Origin: Myxococcales bacterium
GTDB taxonomy: Bacteria > Myxococcota > Myxococcia > Myxococcales > Anaeromyxobacteraceae
Assembly: GCA_038320275.1 (NCBI GenBank)
Contig: JBBQEB010000043.1
Location: 1 to 25,640, forward strand
Length of the DNA stretch: 25,640 nucleotides
Direction of reading: 5' to 3'
This document shows, in pieces, positions 17,151 through 25,640 of the stretch. The notes under the pieces are model-generated. The model saw only the letters and a program-made list of their open reading frames with translations, did no database searches and was not told the DNA's origin. The stretch's first letter is position 1, and each line of letters begins with the position of its first letter. The position numbers were made by a program, and so were the translations under genes.

Positions 17151-18373
17151 ACCTCCTCCCGGCCCTGCGCACTGCCCTGCGCGCGCTCCGCCGCAACAAG
17201 CTCCGCTCCGCGCTGGCCATGCTCGGGATCGTCATTGCCGTGGCGGCGGTGGTGGCCACCGTCTCCCTGGGCCAGGGGGCGCGCGCCAAGGTGGCGAGCC
17301 AGATGGCCTCGCTCGGCTCGAACCTCCTCATGGTGGTCCCCGGCTCCATGTCCACCCGCGGCGCCGCCACCGGCGCGGGGGCGACGCAGACGCTGGTCCT
17401 CGACGATGCGCGGGCCATCGAGCGCGAGCTCTCGGGCGTGGTGGCGGCGGTGGCGCCGGTGAACCGCGCGAGCGCCCAAGTGATCTACGGCGACGCCAAC
17501 TGGTTCACGCAGGTCATGGGCTCCACCGCGGCGTACCTCCAGGTGCGCGGGTGGTCGCTCTCGCTGGGCGACCCGTTCGGGAGGGAGGAGGAGGCCGCCG
17601 GCGCGAAGGTGTGCATCCTCGGGCAAACCGTGCGCGAGAAGCTCTTCGGCGACGCGAACCCCGTGGGCGAGGGCATCCGGGTGAAGCACGTGCCCTGCAA
17701 GGTGGTGGCGGTGCTCGCCCCCAAGGGTCAAGGCTCCCAGGGGCAAGATCAGGACGACATCATCCTCATGCCGTGGAGCACGCTCGTGCGGCGCATCCAG
17801 GGTAGCCAGGCGGACACGGTGGGGACGCTCATGATCGAGGCGGGCTCCTCGTCTCTGGTGGCCGACGCTCAGCGCCAGGTGACCTCGCTGCTCCGACAGC
17901 GACACAGGCTCGGCGACCAGGCCGAACCCGACTTCCAGATCCGCAACCTGGCCGAGATCCAGAGCTCCGCGAACGAGCAGACCGCCACACTGTCGCTGCT
18001 CCTCGGCTCCGTCGCGCTCATCTCCTTGCTCGTCGGCGCGATCGGCATCGCGAACGTGATGCTCGTCTCGGTCACCGAGCGCACCCGCGAGATCGGGATC
18101 CGGATGGCGGTGGGAGCGCGCGGGCGCGACGTGCTGGTGCAGTTCCTCACCGAGGCAGTGGTGCTGGCGGCGCTGGGCGGCCTGGTGGGTCTCGCCCTCG
18201 GGGCCGGCGTCTCCTGGGTGATGGCGGTGAAGGCCAACTGGCCCACCCTGCTCTCTCCGGGCGTGATGGTCGGGACGGTGCTCCTGGCAGGACTCGCCGG
18301 CGTGGTGGCCGGCTTCTACCCGGCGCTGCGCGCGTCGCGCCTCGACCCCATCGACGCGCTCCGGTACGAATGA
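17147..18373 (+). CDS. ABC transporter permease (MacB/FtsX-like)
   Basis: NKLRSALAMLGIVI, GIANVMLVSVTERTREIGIRMAVGA, QFLTEA, YPALRASRLDPIDALRYE; ATGA overlap. Confidence 0.93.
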   Translation: MNLLPALRTALRALRRNKLRSALAMLGIVIAVAAVVATVSLGQGARAKVASQMASLGSNLLMVVPGSMSTRGAATGAGATQTLVLDDARAIERELSGVVAAVAPVNRASAQVIYGDANWFTQVMGSTAAYLQVRGWSLSLGDPFGREEEAAGAKVCILGQTVREKLFGDANPVGEGIRVKHVPCKVVAVLAPKGQGSQGQDQDDIILMPWSTLVRRIQGSQADTVGTLMIEAGSSSLVADAQRQVTSLLRQRHRLGDQAEPDFQIRNLAEIQSSANEQTATLSLLLGSVALISLLVGAIGIANVMLVSVTERTREIGIRMAVGARGRDVLVQFLTEAVVLAALGGLVGLALGAGVSWVMAVKANWPTLLSPGVMVGTVLLAGLAGVVAGFYPALRASRLDPIDALRYE

Positions 18374-20967
18374 CGGCGCTCGCGCTCGCGGTGTCACTGG
18401 CGCTGGCGGCCGCCGCCCCTGTCCCGGGCTCCGCGGAGAAGCGCGATGCCGCTCCCGCGCCTGCGGCCGCGGGCGGCGTGCTCACCAAGCCGCCCGTCCT
18501 GCGCAAGTTCGTGGAGGCCGTCTACCCGCCAGACCTCGCCGCGGCGGGCGTCACGGGCGCGGTGGTGCTGGCGCTCGTCATCGACGAGAAGGGAGAGGTG
18601 ACGCAGGCCACGGTGGTCGAGAAAAGCTCCCACCCTTCGCTCGACGCTGCGGCCATCCACGCCGTCACCCAGTTCGCGTTCGACCCGGCCGAGATCGACG
18701 GCAAGCCCGCCTCGGTCGAGATCACCTCTCGGTACGAGTTCGTGCTGCGGGCCCAGGCGGCGCCGGCCTCGGCCGACGCGCCGGTGGCGCTTTTTGGCCG
18801 GGTGATCGAGCGCGGCACCCGGGCAGCCGTCGCGGGAGCGGTCATCGATGCGGGCGGCGTGACCGCCGACACGGGCCCGGACGGACGCTTCGAGCTGCGG
18901 GGCGTCCCGACCGGCAAGGTGACGCTGCGCATCGTCTCCACCGATCACCAGCCGTTCTCGCTCACGGAGGAGGTGGAGGCGGGCAAGAAGAAGGAGGTGG
19001 AGTACCGCATCACGCGGCGGCACTACGATCCCTTCGAGGCGGTGGTGCGCGGCGAGCGCGATCGCAAGGAGGTATCGGTCTACACCCTGCGCACCGAGGA
19101 GGTGCGCTCCCTCCCAGGCACCCAGGGCGACACGCTGAAGGTGCTGCAGAACTTCCCCGGGGTGGCCCGCTCGCCCTTCGGTATCGGCCTCCTGGTGGTC
19201 CGCGGCTCGGCGCCGCAGGACACCAAGGTATACCTCGACGGCGTCGAGATCCCGCTCCTCTTCCACTTCGGAGGGCTCACCTCCGTGATCTCATCCGACG
19301 TCATCGAGAGCCTCGACTTCTACCCTGGCAACTTCGGCGCTCGGTACGGGCGGGCCGTGGGCGGCTCGGTCGACATTCACACCCGCGATCCTCGCCGCGA
19401 CTTCCACGGCTCGGCGCAGGTGGACATCTTCGACGGCTCGGCGGTGGTGGAGGTGCCGGTAGGGGAAGGAAGCCTCTTCGTCTCGGGCCGGAGGAGCTGG
19501 GTGGACGCGGTCCTGGCGGTGGTCCTCCCGCGGGTGGCGCCCGACGCCGCCTCCCAGCTGCGCGTCGCGCCCCGCTTCTACGACTACGCGCTGAAGCTGA
19601 GCCAGCCAGTGCTGGGCGGCACCTTCACTGCCATGGCCTACGGGGCGAACGACATCCTCTCCTTCGTGCGGAAGGAGGACACCATCGACCGGCCCACCTT
19701 CTTCCTCGAGACGGGGTTTCACCGGCTGGCGCTCCGCTTCAAGCGCGCCTTCGCGAACGGCGTCTCGAACGACGCCACGCTGGCCTTCGGGGCCGACAAG
19801 TTCGACGTCTTGCAGGGGACGAACTTCGGCATCGTCTCCAGCATCGACTCGCTCACCCTGCGGGACGCGCTCACCGTGCGCGTGTCCGACTCGCTCTCCC
19901 TGGAACTGGGCCTCGACGCGCTCCTCCGTTCGTTCGAGTATTCCATCTACGCCCCGCCGCGGCGCGCTCCGGGGGGCCTCGGCGGTATTCCGGTGGGTGA
20001 CTTCGCCACCCAGATCGGCGACGACGCCAAGGGGAGCTGGCTCTCCCCCGCGATCTACGTCGAGGCTGACTGGAAGGTCACGCGCCAGCTCCGGGTGGTG
20101 CCCGGGCTGCGGCTCGACGGCGACTCCCGGCTGAAGGCAGGCAAGGCGTGGCTCGACCCGCGCCTCACCGCGTTCTACGAGCTGCGCCCGGGGACCACCC
20201 TGCTCGCGGGAGCCGGGGTCTATGGTGAGCCCCCCGCCGTCCAGCAGTTGACGCGCACCTTCGGCAACCCCGACCTGCGCACGCAGCGCTCGTTCCAGTA
20301 CAGCCTGGGCGCGCGCCAGGACCTGCCTTTCTCGGCGGGGCTCGAGCTGACCGGGTTCTACAAGGACGAGCGCCAGGTGGTCGGGGCCACCCGCGCCACG
20401 GGCGCGGATGGGCGGCCGCTCCTCCTCTCCAACGGCTCCCTGGGACGGGCTTACGGCTTGGAGGCCCTCCTGCGCAGGCAGCTCTCGCGCGGGCTCTACG
20501 GCTGGCTTGCCTACACGCTGTCGCGCAGCGAGCGCCGGGACGATTCTACCTTGCCGAGCTACCCCGACTGGCACCTGTTCGCCTTCGACCAGACGCACAT
20601 CCTCACCCTCGTGCTCTCCTACCGGACCGACAACGACTGGATCGTCGGCGCGCGCGTGCGCACCGTCTCCGGCAATCCCTACACGCCCACCGTCGGGAGC
20701 GTCCTCGACGCCAGCACCGGCCGATACCAGTGCATCCCGGCCCGGCAGAGCTTCTCCGAGCGGCTGCCGGGGTTCTTCCAGGCCGACGCCCGCGTGGACA
20801 AGCGCTGGGTGTACGACGCGTGGAGCTTCGCGCTCTACCTCGACGTGCAGAACGTCAGCAACCGGGGCAACGCCGAGTTCCGCTTCCAGAACTACGATTG
20901 CAGCGCCCAGGTGCCGGTGAATGGGCTTCCCATCTTCCCGGCCCTGGGCATGAGGGCGGAATGGTGA
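18370..20967 (+). CDS. TonB-dependent receptor with N-terminal TonB C-terminal-like and carboxypeptidase-regulatory-like domains
   Basis: Signal peptide; YP..L..AGVTGAVVL.LVIDEKGEV...LDAAA...F.F.PA (TonB_C); plug PGV...VRGSAPQDT.VYLDGVEIP; barrel ending LGMRAEW. Confidence 0.88.
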   Translation: MTALALAVSLALAAAAPVPGSAEKRDAAPAPAAAGGVLTKPPVLRKFVEAVYPPDLAAAGVTGAVVLALVIDEKGEVTQATVVEKSSHPSLDAAAIHAVTQFAFDPAEIDGKPASVEITSRYEFVLRAQAAPASADAPVALFGRVIERGTRAAVAGAVIDAGGVTADTGPDGRFELRGVPTGKVTLRIVSTDHQPFSLTEEVEAGKKKEVEYRITRRHYDPFEAVVRGERDRKEVSVYTLRTEEVRSLPGTQGDTLKVLQNFPGVARSPFGIGLLVVRGSAPQDTKVYLDGVEIPLLFHFGGLTSVISSDVIESLDFYPGNFGARYGRAVGGSVDIHTRDPRRDFHGSAQVDIFDGSAVVEVPVGEGSLFVSGRRSWVDAVLAVVLPRVAPDAASQLRVAPRFYDYALKLSQPVLGGTFTAMAYGANDILSFVRKEDTIDRPTFFLETGFHRLALRFKRAFANGVSNDATLAFGADKFDVLQGTNFGIVSSIDSLTLRDALTVRVSDSLSLELGLDALLRSFEYSIYAPPRRAPGGLGGIPVGDFATQIGDDAKGSWLSPAIYVEADWKVTRQLRVVPGLRLDGDSRLKAGKAWLDPRLTAFYELRPGTTLLAGAGVYGEPPAVQQLTRTFGNPDLRTQRSFQYSLGARQDLPFSAGLELTGFYKDERQVVGATRATGADGRPLLLSNGSLGRAYGLEALLRRQLSRGLYGWLAYTLSRSERRDDSTLPSYPDWHLFAFDQTHILTLVLSYRTDNDWIVGARVRTVSGNPYTPTVGSVLDASTGRYQCIPARQSFSERLPGFFQADARVDKRWVYDAWSFALYLDVQNVSNRGNAEFRFQNYDCSAQVPVNGLPIFPALGMRAEW

Positions 20968-22031
20968 GCTCCCGGGTCCGGACCCTCGCCCGGCGCGCGG
21001 CCGCCGGGGTGGCGGCGCTGGCGGCGCTGGGAGGCTGCAACACGAACTTCGCGCCGCAGTACCTCGTCCGCGACCTGCGCATCCTCGCAGCCCGCGCCGA
21101 GGTGGAGGGCAACACCAGCCTCGACGCCTCCGACCCCGACACCGGCGAGTCCGTGCGGCTCACCGCGCTGGTGGCGAATCCGGAGGGGCTGCCCGACCTG
21201 GTGGTGAGGTGGAAGGCTTGCCTGCCGCCCGCGGATCTGCGCGCGGAGATCTCGCCCTGCCTCGACCCGGCGGTGCTGCGCGACCCGAGCCTGCTGGAGG
21301 GCCGGAACGACGTCGTCGATCTCGGCACCGGCGAGTCCATCGTGGTCGCCATCCCACCCGAGTTGCAGCCCGTCCTGCAGGCCCTCATCGACCGCGCCAG
21401 CGCCACCCCCTCCTACGCGTGCACCCTGTACGCGGAGCTGCCCGTACTCGCCGTCGCCAGCGCCGGCGGGCGGAGCAGGATGAGCGTCCAGTCGGTCCGG
21501 CTCACGCCCTGGCGGGAGGTGCTGGGGACGAAGCTTCAGGAGGCGTATGCGCGGAATCGCAACCCTGGCCTGACCGCGATCCGCGCCGGTGCCACCGACC
21601 CCGACGCCTGCTCGGATGGCACGGAGATCACGCGCTCCTGCGCCGTGGCGAGCGACTGCGGCGGCAGCGTGCCCTGCGTCCTCTCCGGCCCTCCAGGCGG
21701 CCCCTCCGCGCCCGGGCAGTGCGCCGACCCCCTTCCGCCCGCTGGCATGACGGTGGCGCTCTGCCCGCGCCCGTCGGAGGGCTCGGTCCAGGTCTACAAG
21801 CAGTGCAACGCGGACGGTACGCGCATCGAGTACCTGGAGGACCTCTCCTTCCAGTGGTTCACCACGGCGGGAACGCTGAAGGAGACGGGCGGCAGCAGCC
21901 TGGGCGGCTCCGGGAACGTGACCGGCACCGACGTCACCTTCGAAGCGCCCGCCGTGCCTTACACGCTGTGGGTGATCGTCCGGGACGGGCGTGGCGGTAC
22001 GGGCTGGATCCGCCGCGACGTCGTACCGTGA
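20961..22031 (+). CDS. Cys-rich lipoprotein partner of the TonB-dependent receptor
   Basis: LGGC lipobox, VRDLRILAARAE N-terminus, LWVIVRDGRGGTGW C-terminus; overlaps receptor stop. Confidence 0.8.
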   Translation: MVSSRVRTLARRAAAGVAALAALGGCNTNFAPQYLVRDLRILAARAEVEGNTSLDASDPDTGESVRLTALVANPEGLPDLVVRWKACLPPADLRAEISPCLDPAVLRDPSLLEGRNDVVDLGTGESIVVAIPPELQPVLQALIDRASATPSYACTLYAELPVLAVASAGGRSRMSVQSVRLTPWREVLGTKLQEAYARNRNPGLTAIRAGATDPDACSDGTEITRSCAVASDCGGSVPCVLSGPPGGPSAPGQCADPLPPAGMTVALCPRPSEGSVQVYKQCNADGTRIEYLEDLSFQWFTTAGTLKETGGSSLGGSGNVTGTDVTFEAPAVPYTLWVIVRDGRGGTGWIRRDVVP

Positions 22032-22071
22032 GGGCGGGCCCTGATGCGGGCCGGCGCGGGGGAGGCCCCTG

Positions 22072-23634
22072 TCACTTCACCGCGCCGCTCGCCGCACCGC
22101 CCACCAGCGAGACGACGGCCTTCAAATCGTCGTCGGTAAAGACGATGCCGCCGCCGAAGAATACGTCCCGTCCGATGGCAAACTTGGGACCGCCCGGGTA
22201 GTGCCCGCCGCGCCAGGCGTTGAGGAAGTCATCGGTGCCGGTGGTGACGTAGAAGTACCGCAGGAAGGCGTAGTCGATGGCCACCTTGGCGCGCGGGAAG
22301 ACGTTCGTGTCGGGCCGGGAGAACTGGTACATCGAGGTGGAGAGCGTGAGCCGGTCGTCGAGGAGATGCAGGTCGATGCCGGCGCCTCCCGAGCTCTCGA
22401 TGATGCCGATGCGGAAGGTGGCCGGGCCGTACCGCTTCGCGAACTGCAGCGAGAAGAGGTAGCGCTGCTCGTTGAGGGTGGTGGTGGTGGTGGTGGTCCC
22501 GGCGCCGGTTGTCACCTTCGACACGGTCTGTGTGTTCACGCCGCGGGGATCGCTCACCACCTCGAAGAGGTAGTACTTGTCCGGGCGGGGCAGCAGGCGG
22601 ATGCCGGCGTAGGTCTTGGCTCCGGTCTGGTTGAGCAGCCACTCCGAGCGCAAGTGGACTTGAAGCTGGAGCTGGTAGAGCCGGTCGACGTACTCGCTCA
22701 CGCTCTCGAGGGTGTTGGAGAGCTTGTTGCCGAGCCGCTCGTCGGCCAGCAGCTTGCCGGCCACGCCCTTTCCCTGCGAGACGTCGGTCGCGATCTTCTG
22801 GATCTGCTCCATGGAGGAGTTGAGGCGCGCCAGCGATTGGCGGACGTCGGCGACGCTGCCCTTGAGGTCGCCCTCCTTGGTGTCGCCGACGATGCCTTGG
22901 GCGCTTTCCAGCAGCTTGTTCAGCCGGCCGGTGGCGTCCGCCAGGTTCTCGGCGATGGCGCGGTAGCGGTCCTTGTCGGCCACCGCAACCTGGGAGAGGG
23001 TCCCGGTGAAGCTCTCGGTATTGGAGAGGATGCGCTCCACCCGGTTGGTCTCGGAGTCGACCGTGTCGCCCAGCCGCGCGGTCACGCGCGACAGGTTCTC
23101 GATGATCTGCTTGATGGAGCCCTGCGAGCCGGCGACCATCTGGGACAGCTCGCGGGTGACGCCCTGGACGTCGGTGCTGATCTTCGACATCGAGTCGAGG
23201 AGCTTGCCGACGCTGGTGGCCTCGTTGACGCACTTCACCTCGCGCTCGGCGGGCGGCTTGTCCTTGAGCGATGGCGCCTTGCTGGTGCCCGGCACCGCGT
23301 CGAGGAGCGCGTCGGGGAGGAGCGTCGAGGGATAGCGCTTCGTGAGGCAGGCGTCCGCGCGGAGGTCGATCTCCTTCTTGATGCGCAGGTCGAGCCGGGC
23401 CCGGTTGGCCTCGAGGGTGATCTTCTCCACCTCGCCCACCTGGATGCCGGCGATCTGCACGCGGCTCTTCCAGGTGAGGCCGGTGGCGTCCTCGAAGTAG
23501 GCGTACACCGGGTAGGTGTCGCTGTCGGCGTAGCCACCCTTCTTGAAGAAGGTGAAGGCCACGAGGAAGATGGCGCCGGCGACCGCGACGAGCAGCCCGA
23601 CGGCGAAGGCGCGGTTGGCGATAGAGCGGTTCAT
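22072..23634 (-). CDS. mlaD: MlaD/MCE-family protein, long form
   Basis: N-terminal TM, FEDATGL..KSRVQIAGIQVGEV MCE motif, long heptad helices, beta-rich C-terminal domain. Confidence 0.9.
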   Translation of the reverse strand: MNRSIANRAFAVGLLVAVAGAIFLVAFTFFKKGGYADSDTYPVYAYFEDATGLTWKSRVQIAGIQVGEVEKITLEANRARLDLRIKKEIDLRADACLTKRYPSTLLPDALLDAVPGTSKAPSLKDKPPAEREVKCVNEATSVGKLLDSMSKISTDVQGVTRELSQMVAGSQGSIKQIIENLSRVTARLGDTVDSETNRVERILSNTESFTGTLSQVAVADKDRYRAIAENLADATGRLNKLLESAQGIVGDTKEGDLKGSVADVRQSLARLNSSMEQIQKIATDVSQGKGVAGKLLADERLGNKLSNTLESVSEYVDRLYQLQLQVHLRSEWLLNQTGAKTYAGIRLLPRPDKYYLFEVVSDPRGVNTQTVSKVTTGAGTTTTTTTLNEQRYLFSLQFAKRYGPATFRIGIIESSGGAGIDLHLLDDRLTLSTSMYQFSRPDTNVFPRAKVAIDYAFLRYFYVTTGTDDFLNAWRGGHYPGGPKFAIGRDVFFGGGIVFTDDDLKAVVSLVGGAASGAVK

Positions 23635-23649
23635 CGGCTTGGCCTGCCT

Positions 23650-24390
23650 CTACTGCTTCTCGAACCACATGGATAGGTATCTCTGCACGTAGGGGTGCTC
23701 GCTCCGGCGCACCTCCTCCGGCGTTCCCTGCGCCGCGATGTGGCCATCGTAGAGCACCGCGATCTTGTCGGCCACCTTGAAGGCGCTCGCGATGTCGTGG
23801 GAGATGACCATGCTGGTCACCCCGAGCTTCACCTTCGCCTGCATGATCATCTCGTCCACGTAGGCGGTGGTGATGGGGTCGAGGCCGGTGGTGGGCTCGT
23901 CGTAGAGCACGACCTTGGGGTCGTGCACCACCGCCCGGGCCAGCGCGACGCGCTTGCGCATGCCTCCGGAGAGCTCGGAAGGGAACCGCCCCAGCACGTC
24001 CTCGTCGAGGTCGACGACCTTCAGCTTCTCGATGACCCGCCTCCGCACCTCGGCCGCCTTCATGCTGCGCTCCCGCTCGCGCAGCGGAAAGGCGACGTTC
24101 TCGAAGATGGTCATGGAGTCGAAGAGCGCCGCTCCCTGGAAGACCATCCCGAACATCGCGCGCGCCTCGGTGAGCTCGCGGCCGCGCAGGCTGGGGATGT
24201 CGATCTCGTTCACGACGACCGTGCCGCTGTCGGGCAGGAGGAGTCCGATGACGTGCTTCATGAGCACCGTCTTGCCCGAGCCGGAGCCGCCCAGGACGAC
24301 GAAGGTGGTCCCCTTGTCGACGGTGATGTCGATGCCCTCGAGGACGTGGTGGTCGCCGAACGACTTGTGCAGATCGCGGATCTCGATCAC
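23650..24390 (-). CDS. mlaF: MlaF-type ABC ATPase
   Basis: GGSGSGKT, FQGAALFDSM, PSELSGGMRKRVALARA, YDEPTTGLDPI. Confidence 0.92.
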   Translation of the reverse strand: MIEIRDLHKSFGDHHVLEGIDITVDKGTTFVVLGGSGSGKTVLMKHVIGLLLPDSGTVVVNEIDIPSLRGRELTEARAMFGMVFQGAALFDSMTIFENVAFPLRERERSMKAAEVRRRVIEKLKVVDLDEDVLGRFPSELSGGMRKRVALARAVVHDPKVVLYDEPTTGLDPITTAYVDEMIMQAKVKLGVTSMVISHDIASAFKVADKIAVLYDGHIAAQGTPEEVRRSEHPYVQRYLSMWFEKQ

Positions 24391-24393
24391 CGG

Positions 24394-25152
24394 TCACCGC
24401 CCCGCGCCGACGGTCACCAGCGTGAGGGCGTAGTCGACGACCAAAATGGAGATGGAGCTCATCACCACCGCCCGCGTCGTGCCCTCCCCCACCCCGGTGG
24501 CGCCGCCCACCGCGTGATAGCCGCGGTAGGTGGTGATGAGCGCGACGACGCCTCCGAAGGCGATGGCCTTCACGAGGCCGTGCACCACGTCCGCCGGGTT
24601 CACGAAGCTGCGGGTGTGCTCGATGAACGGCCCCGCCGGAATGCCCGCCACGAAAATGCCCATGAGGTAGGCGCCGGCGTAGCCGATGGCGTCGAACAGC
24701 ATGGTGAGGAAGGGAAACATGGCGAGCGAGGCGAGGAAGCGCGGGACGGCGAGGTACTGCACCGGGTTCACCGCCATGGTCTCCATGGCGTCGATCTGCT
24801 CCGTCACCCGCATGGTGCCGAGCTCGGTGGCGATGGCGCTGCCGGAGCGGCCGATGACCATGAGCGCGGTGAGCACCGGCGCGAGCTCGCGGGCGAGGCT
24901 GATGGCCACCGAGCCGCCCACGTAGCCCTCGGCGCCGAACTGGCGCATGGCGTAGTTGCCCTGCAGGCCGAGCACCATGCCGCTGAAGAAGCCAGTGGTG
25001 GCCACGATGAAGATGGAGCCCACGCCGATGGCGGCCATCTGCGCCAGCACCAGCTCGGGGCGGAACGGGGGGCGCACCGTCCAGGCGAGCGTCTCGCCCG
25101 CGAAGAAGATCAGTCGACCAAAGTCCTCGAACCAGCCGCGTAGCCTGCGCAC
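24394..25152 (-). CDS. mlaE: MlaE-type ABC permease
   Basis: RELAPVLTALM..GRSGSAIATELGTMRVTEQIDAME, GVGEGTTRAVV. Confidence 0.93.
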   Translation of the reverse strand: MRRLRGWFEDFGRLIFFAGETLAWTVRPPFRPELVLAQMAAIGVGSIFIVATTGFFSGMVLGLQGNYAMRQFGAEGYVGGSVAISLARELAPVLTALMVIGRSGSAIATELGTMRVTEQIDAMETMAVNPVQYLAVPRFLASLAMFPFLTMLFDAIGYAGAYLMGIFVAGIPAGPFIEHTRSFVNPADVVHGLVKAIAFGGVVALITTYRGYHAVGGATGVGEGTTRAVVMSSISILVVDYALTLVTVGAGR

Positions 25153-25164
25153 CGCGGCATTGTA

Positions 25165-25640
25165 TCAACGATACCGGCGCGGCACGCGCTTCCCGATCGC
25201 GCACAGGATCTCGTATGGGATGGTGCCCGCCCGGGCCGCGAGCTCGTCCGCGCCGACGCGCTCCGCGCCCTGCGCGCCCAGCAGCACCACCTCGTCGCCC
25301 ACGCTGGCGCCGGGCACGCCGGTGACGTCGAGCATGAGCATGTCCATGCAGACGGTGCCCGCCACCGGCGCGCGGCGCCCTCGCACGAGCGCGTCGGCCT
25401 GGCCGAAGCCGGGGCGGCCCGAGAGGCGGCGCGCGTACCCGTCGGCGTAGCCCACCGGCACGGTGGCGATGCGCGAGGGGCGCGAGGCCACCCAGCGCCC
25501 GCCGTAGCTCACCGGCGTGCCGGCCGGCACCTCCTTCACGTGCGTGACCGCGCTCGTCCAGGTGAGCACGGGGCGCAGGCGTGCCGCAGCGGTCCGGGCC
25601 GCCGCGGAGAGCGCCGCGCCGGCCTCGAACGGCAGGTAAC
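25165..25640 (-). CDS. alr: Alanine racemase, C-terminal part (5' end outside window)
   Basis: [52 protein letters not shown]; frame open to the window edge. Confidence 0.93.
   Translation of the reverse strand, partial: YLPFEAGAALSAAARTAAARLRPVLTWTSAVTHVKEVPAGTPVSYGGRWVASRPSRIATVPVGYADGYARRLSGRPGFGQADALVRGRRAPVAGTVCMDMLMLDVTGVPGASVGDEVVLLGAQGAERVGADELAARAGTIPYEILCAIGKRVPRRYR

Noticed and set aside
22477..22497. (ACC)7 run in mlaD as a phase-variation site
   Set aside because: Triplet unit encoding Thr7 in a probable loop; slippage would not change frame.
22229..25204. 991-aa ORF and many other long alternative-frame or antisense ORFs
   Set aside because: Arg/Gly/Pro-rich shadow ORFs expected at ~70% GC; they overlap well-supported genes and have no motifs.

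Overview
High-GC (~70%) bacterial window with gene content typical of Myxococcota (Anaeromyxobacter-like). The left part (about 1.5-12 kb) is a variable region around an elongator-type tRNA-Met(CAT). It holds trpB2, a deletion-collapsed KaiC/histidine-kinase/receiver pseudogene, a DUF222-like HNH endonuclease with a Thr-rich repeat insert, and a SAM methyltransferase. It also holds an intact quinol-dependent NO reductase (qNor) with a clear sigma54 promoter, and a divergent sigma54 activator whose only N-terminal input is a ~27-residue CxCx3Cx2C peptide. These are followed by a lone receiver protein, collapsed remnants of a cytochrome b/molybdopterin oxidoreductase pair, and a small signal-peptide ORF coupled to a stand-alone LuxR-type HTH. 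The right part (12-25.6 kb) is envelope housekeeping: LPG-synthase-like membrane protein, D-2-hydroxyacid dehydrogenase, yacG, TlpA, MacAB-like exporter plus TonB-fused receptor plus lipoprotein, mlaDFE and a partial alr. The best candidate for a new system is the Cys-peptide sigma54 activator/qNor pair. All family assignments come from motif recognition by eye; no database search was run.
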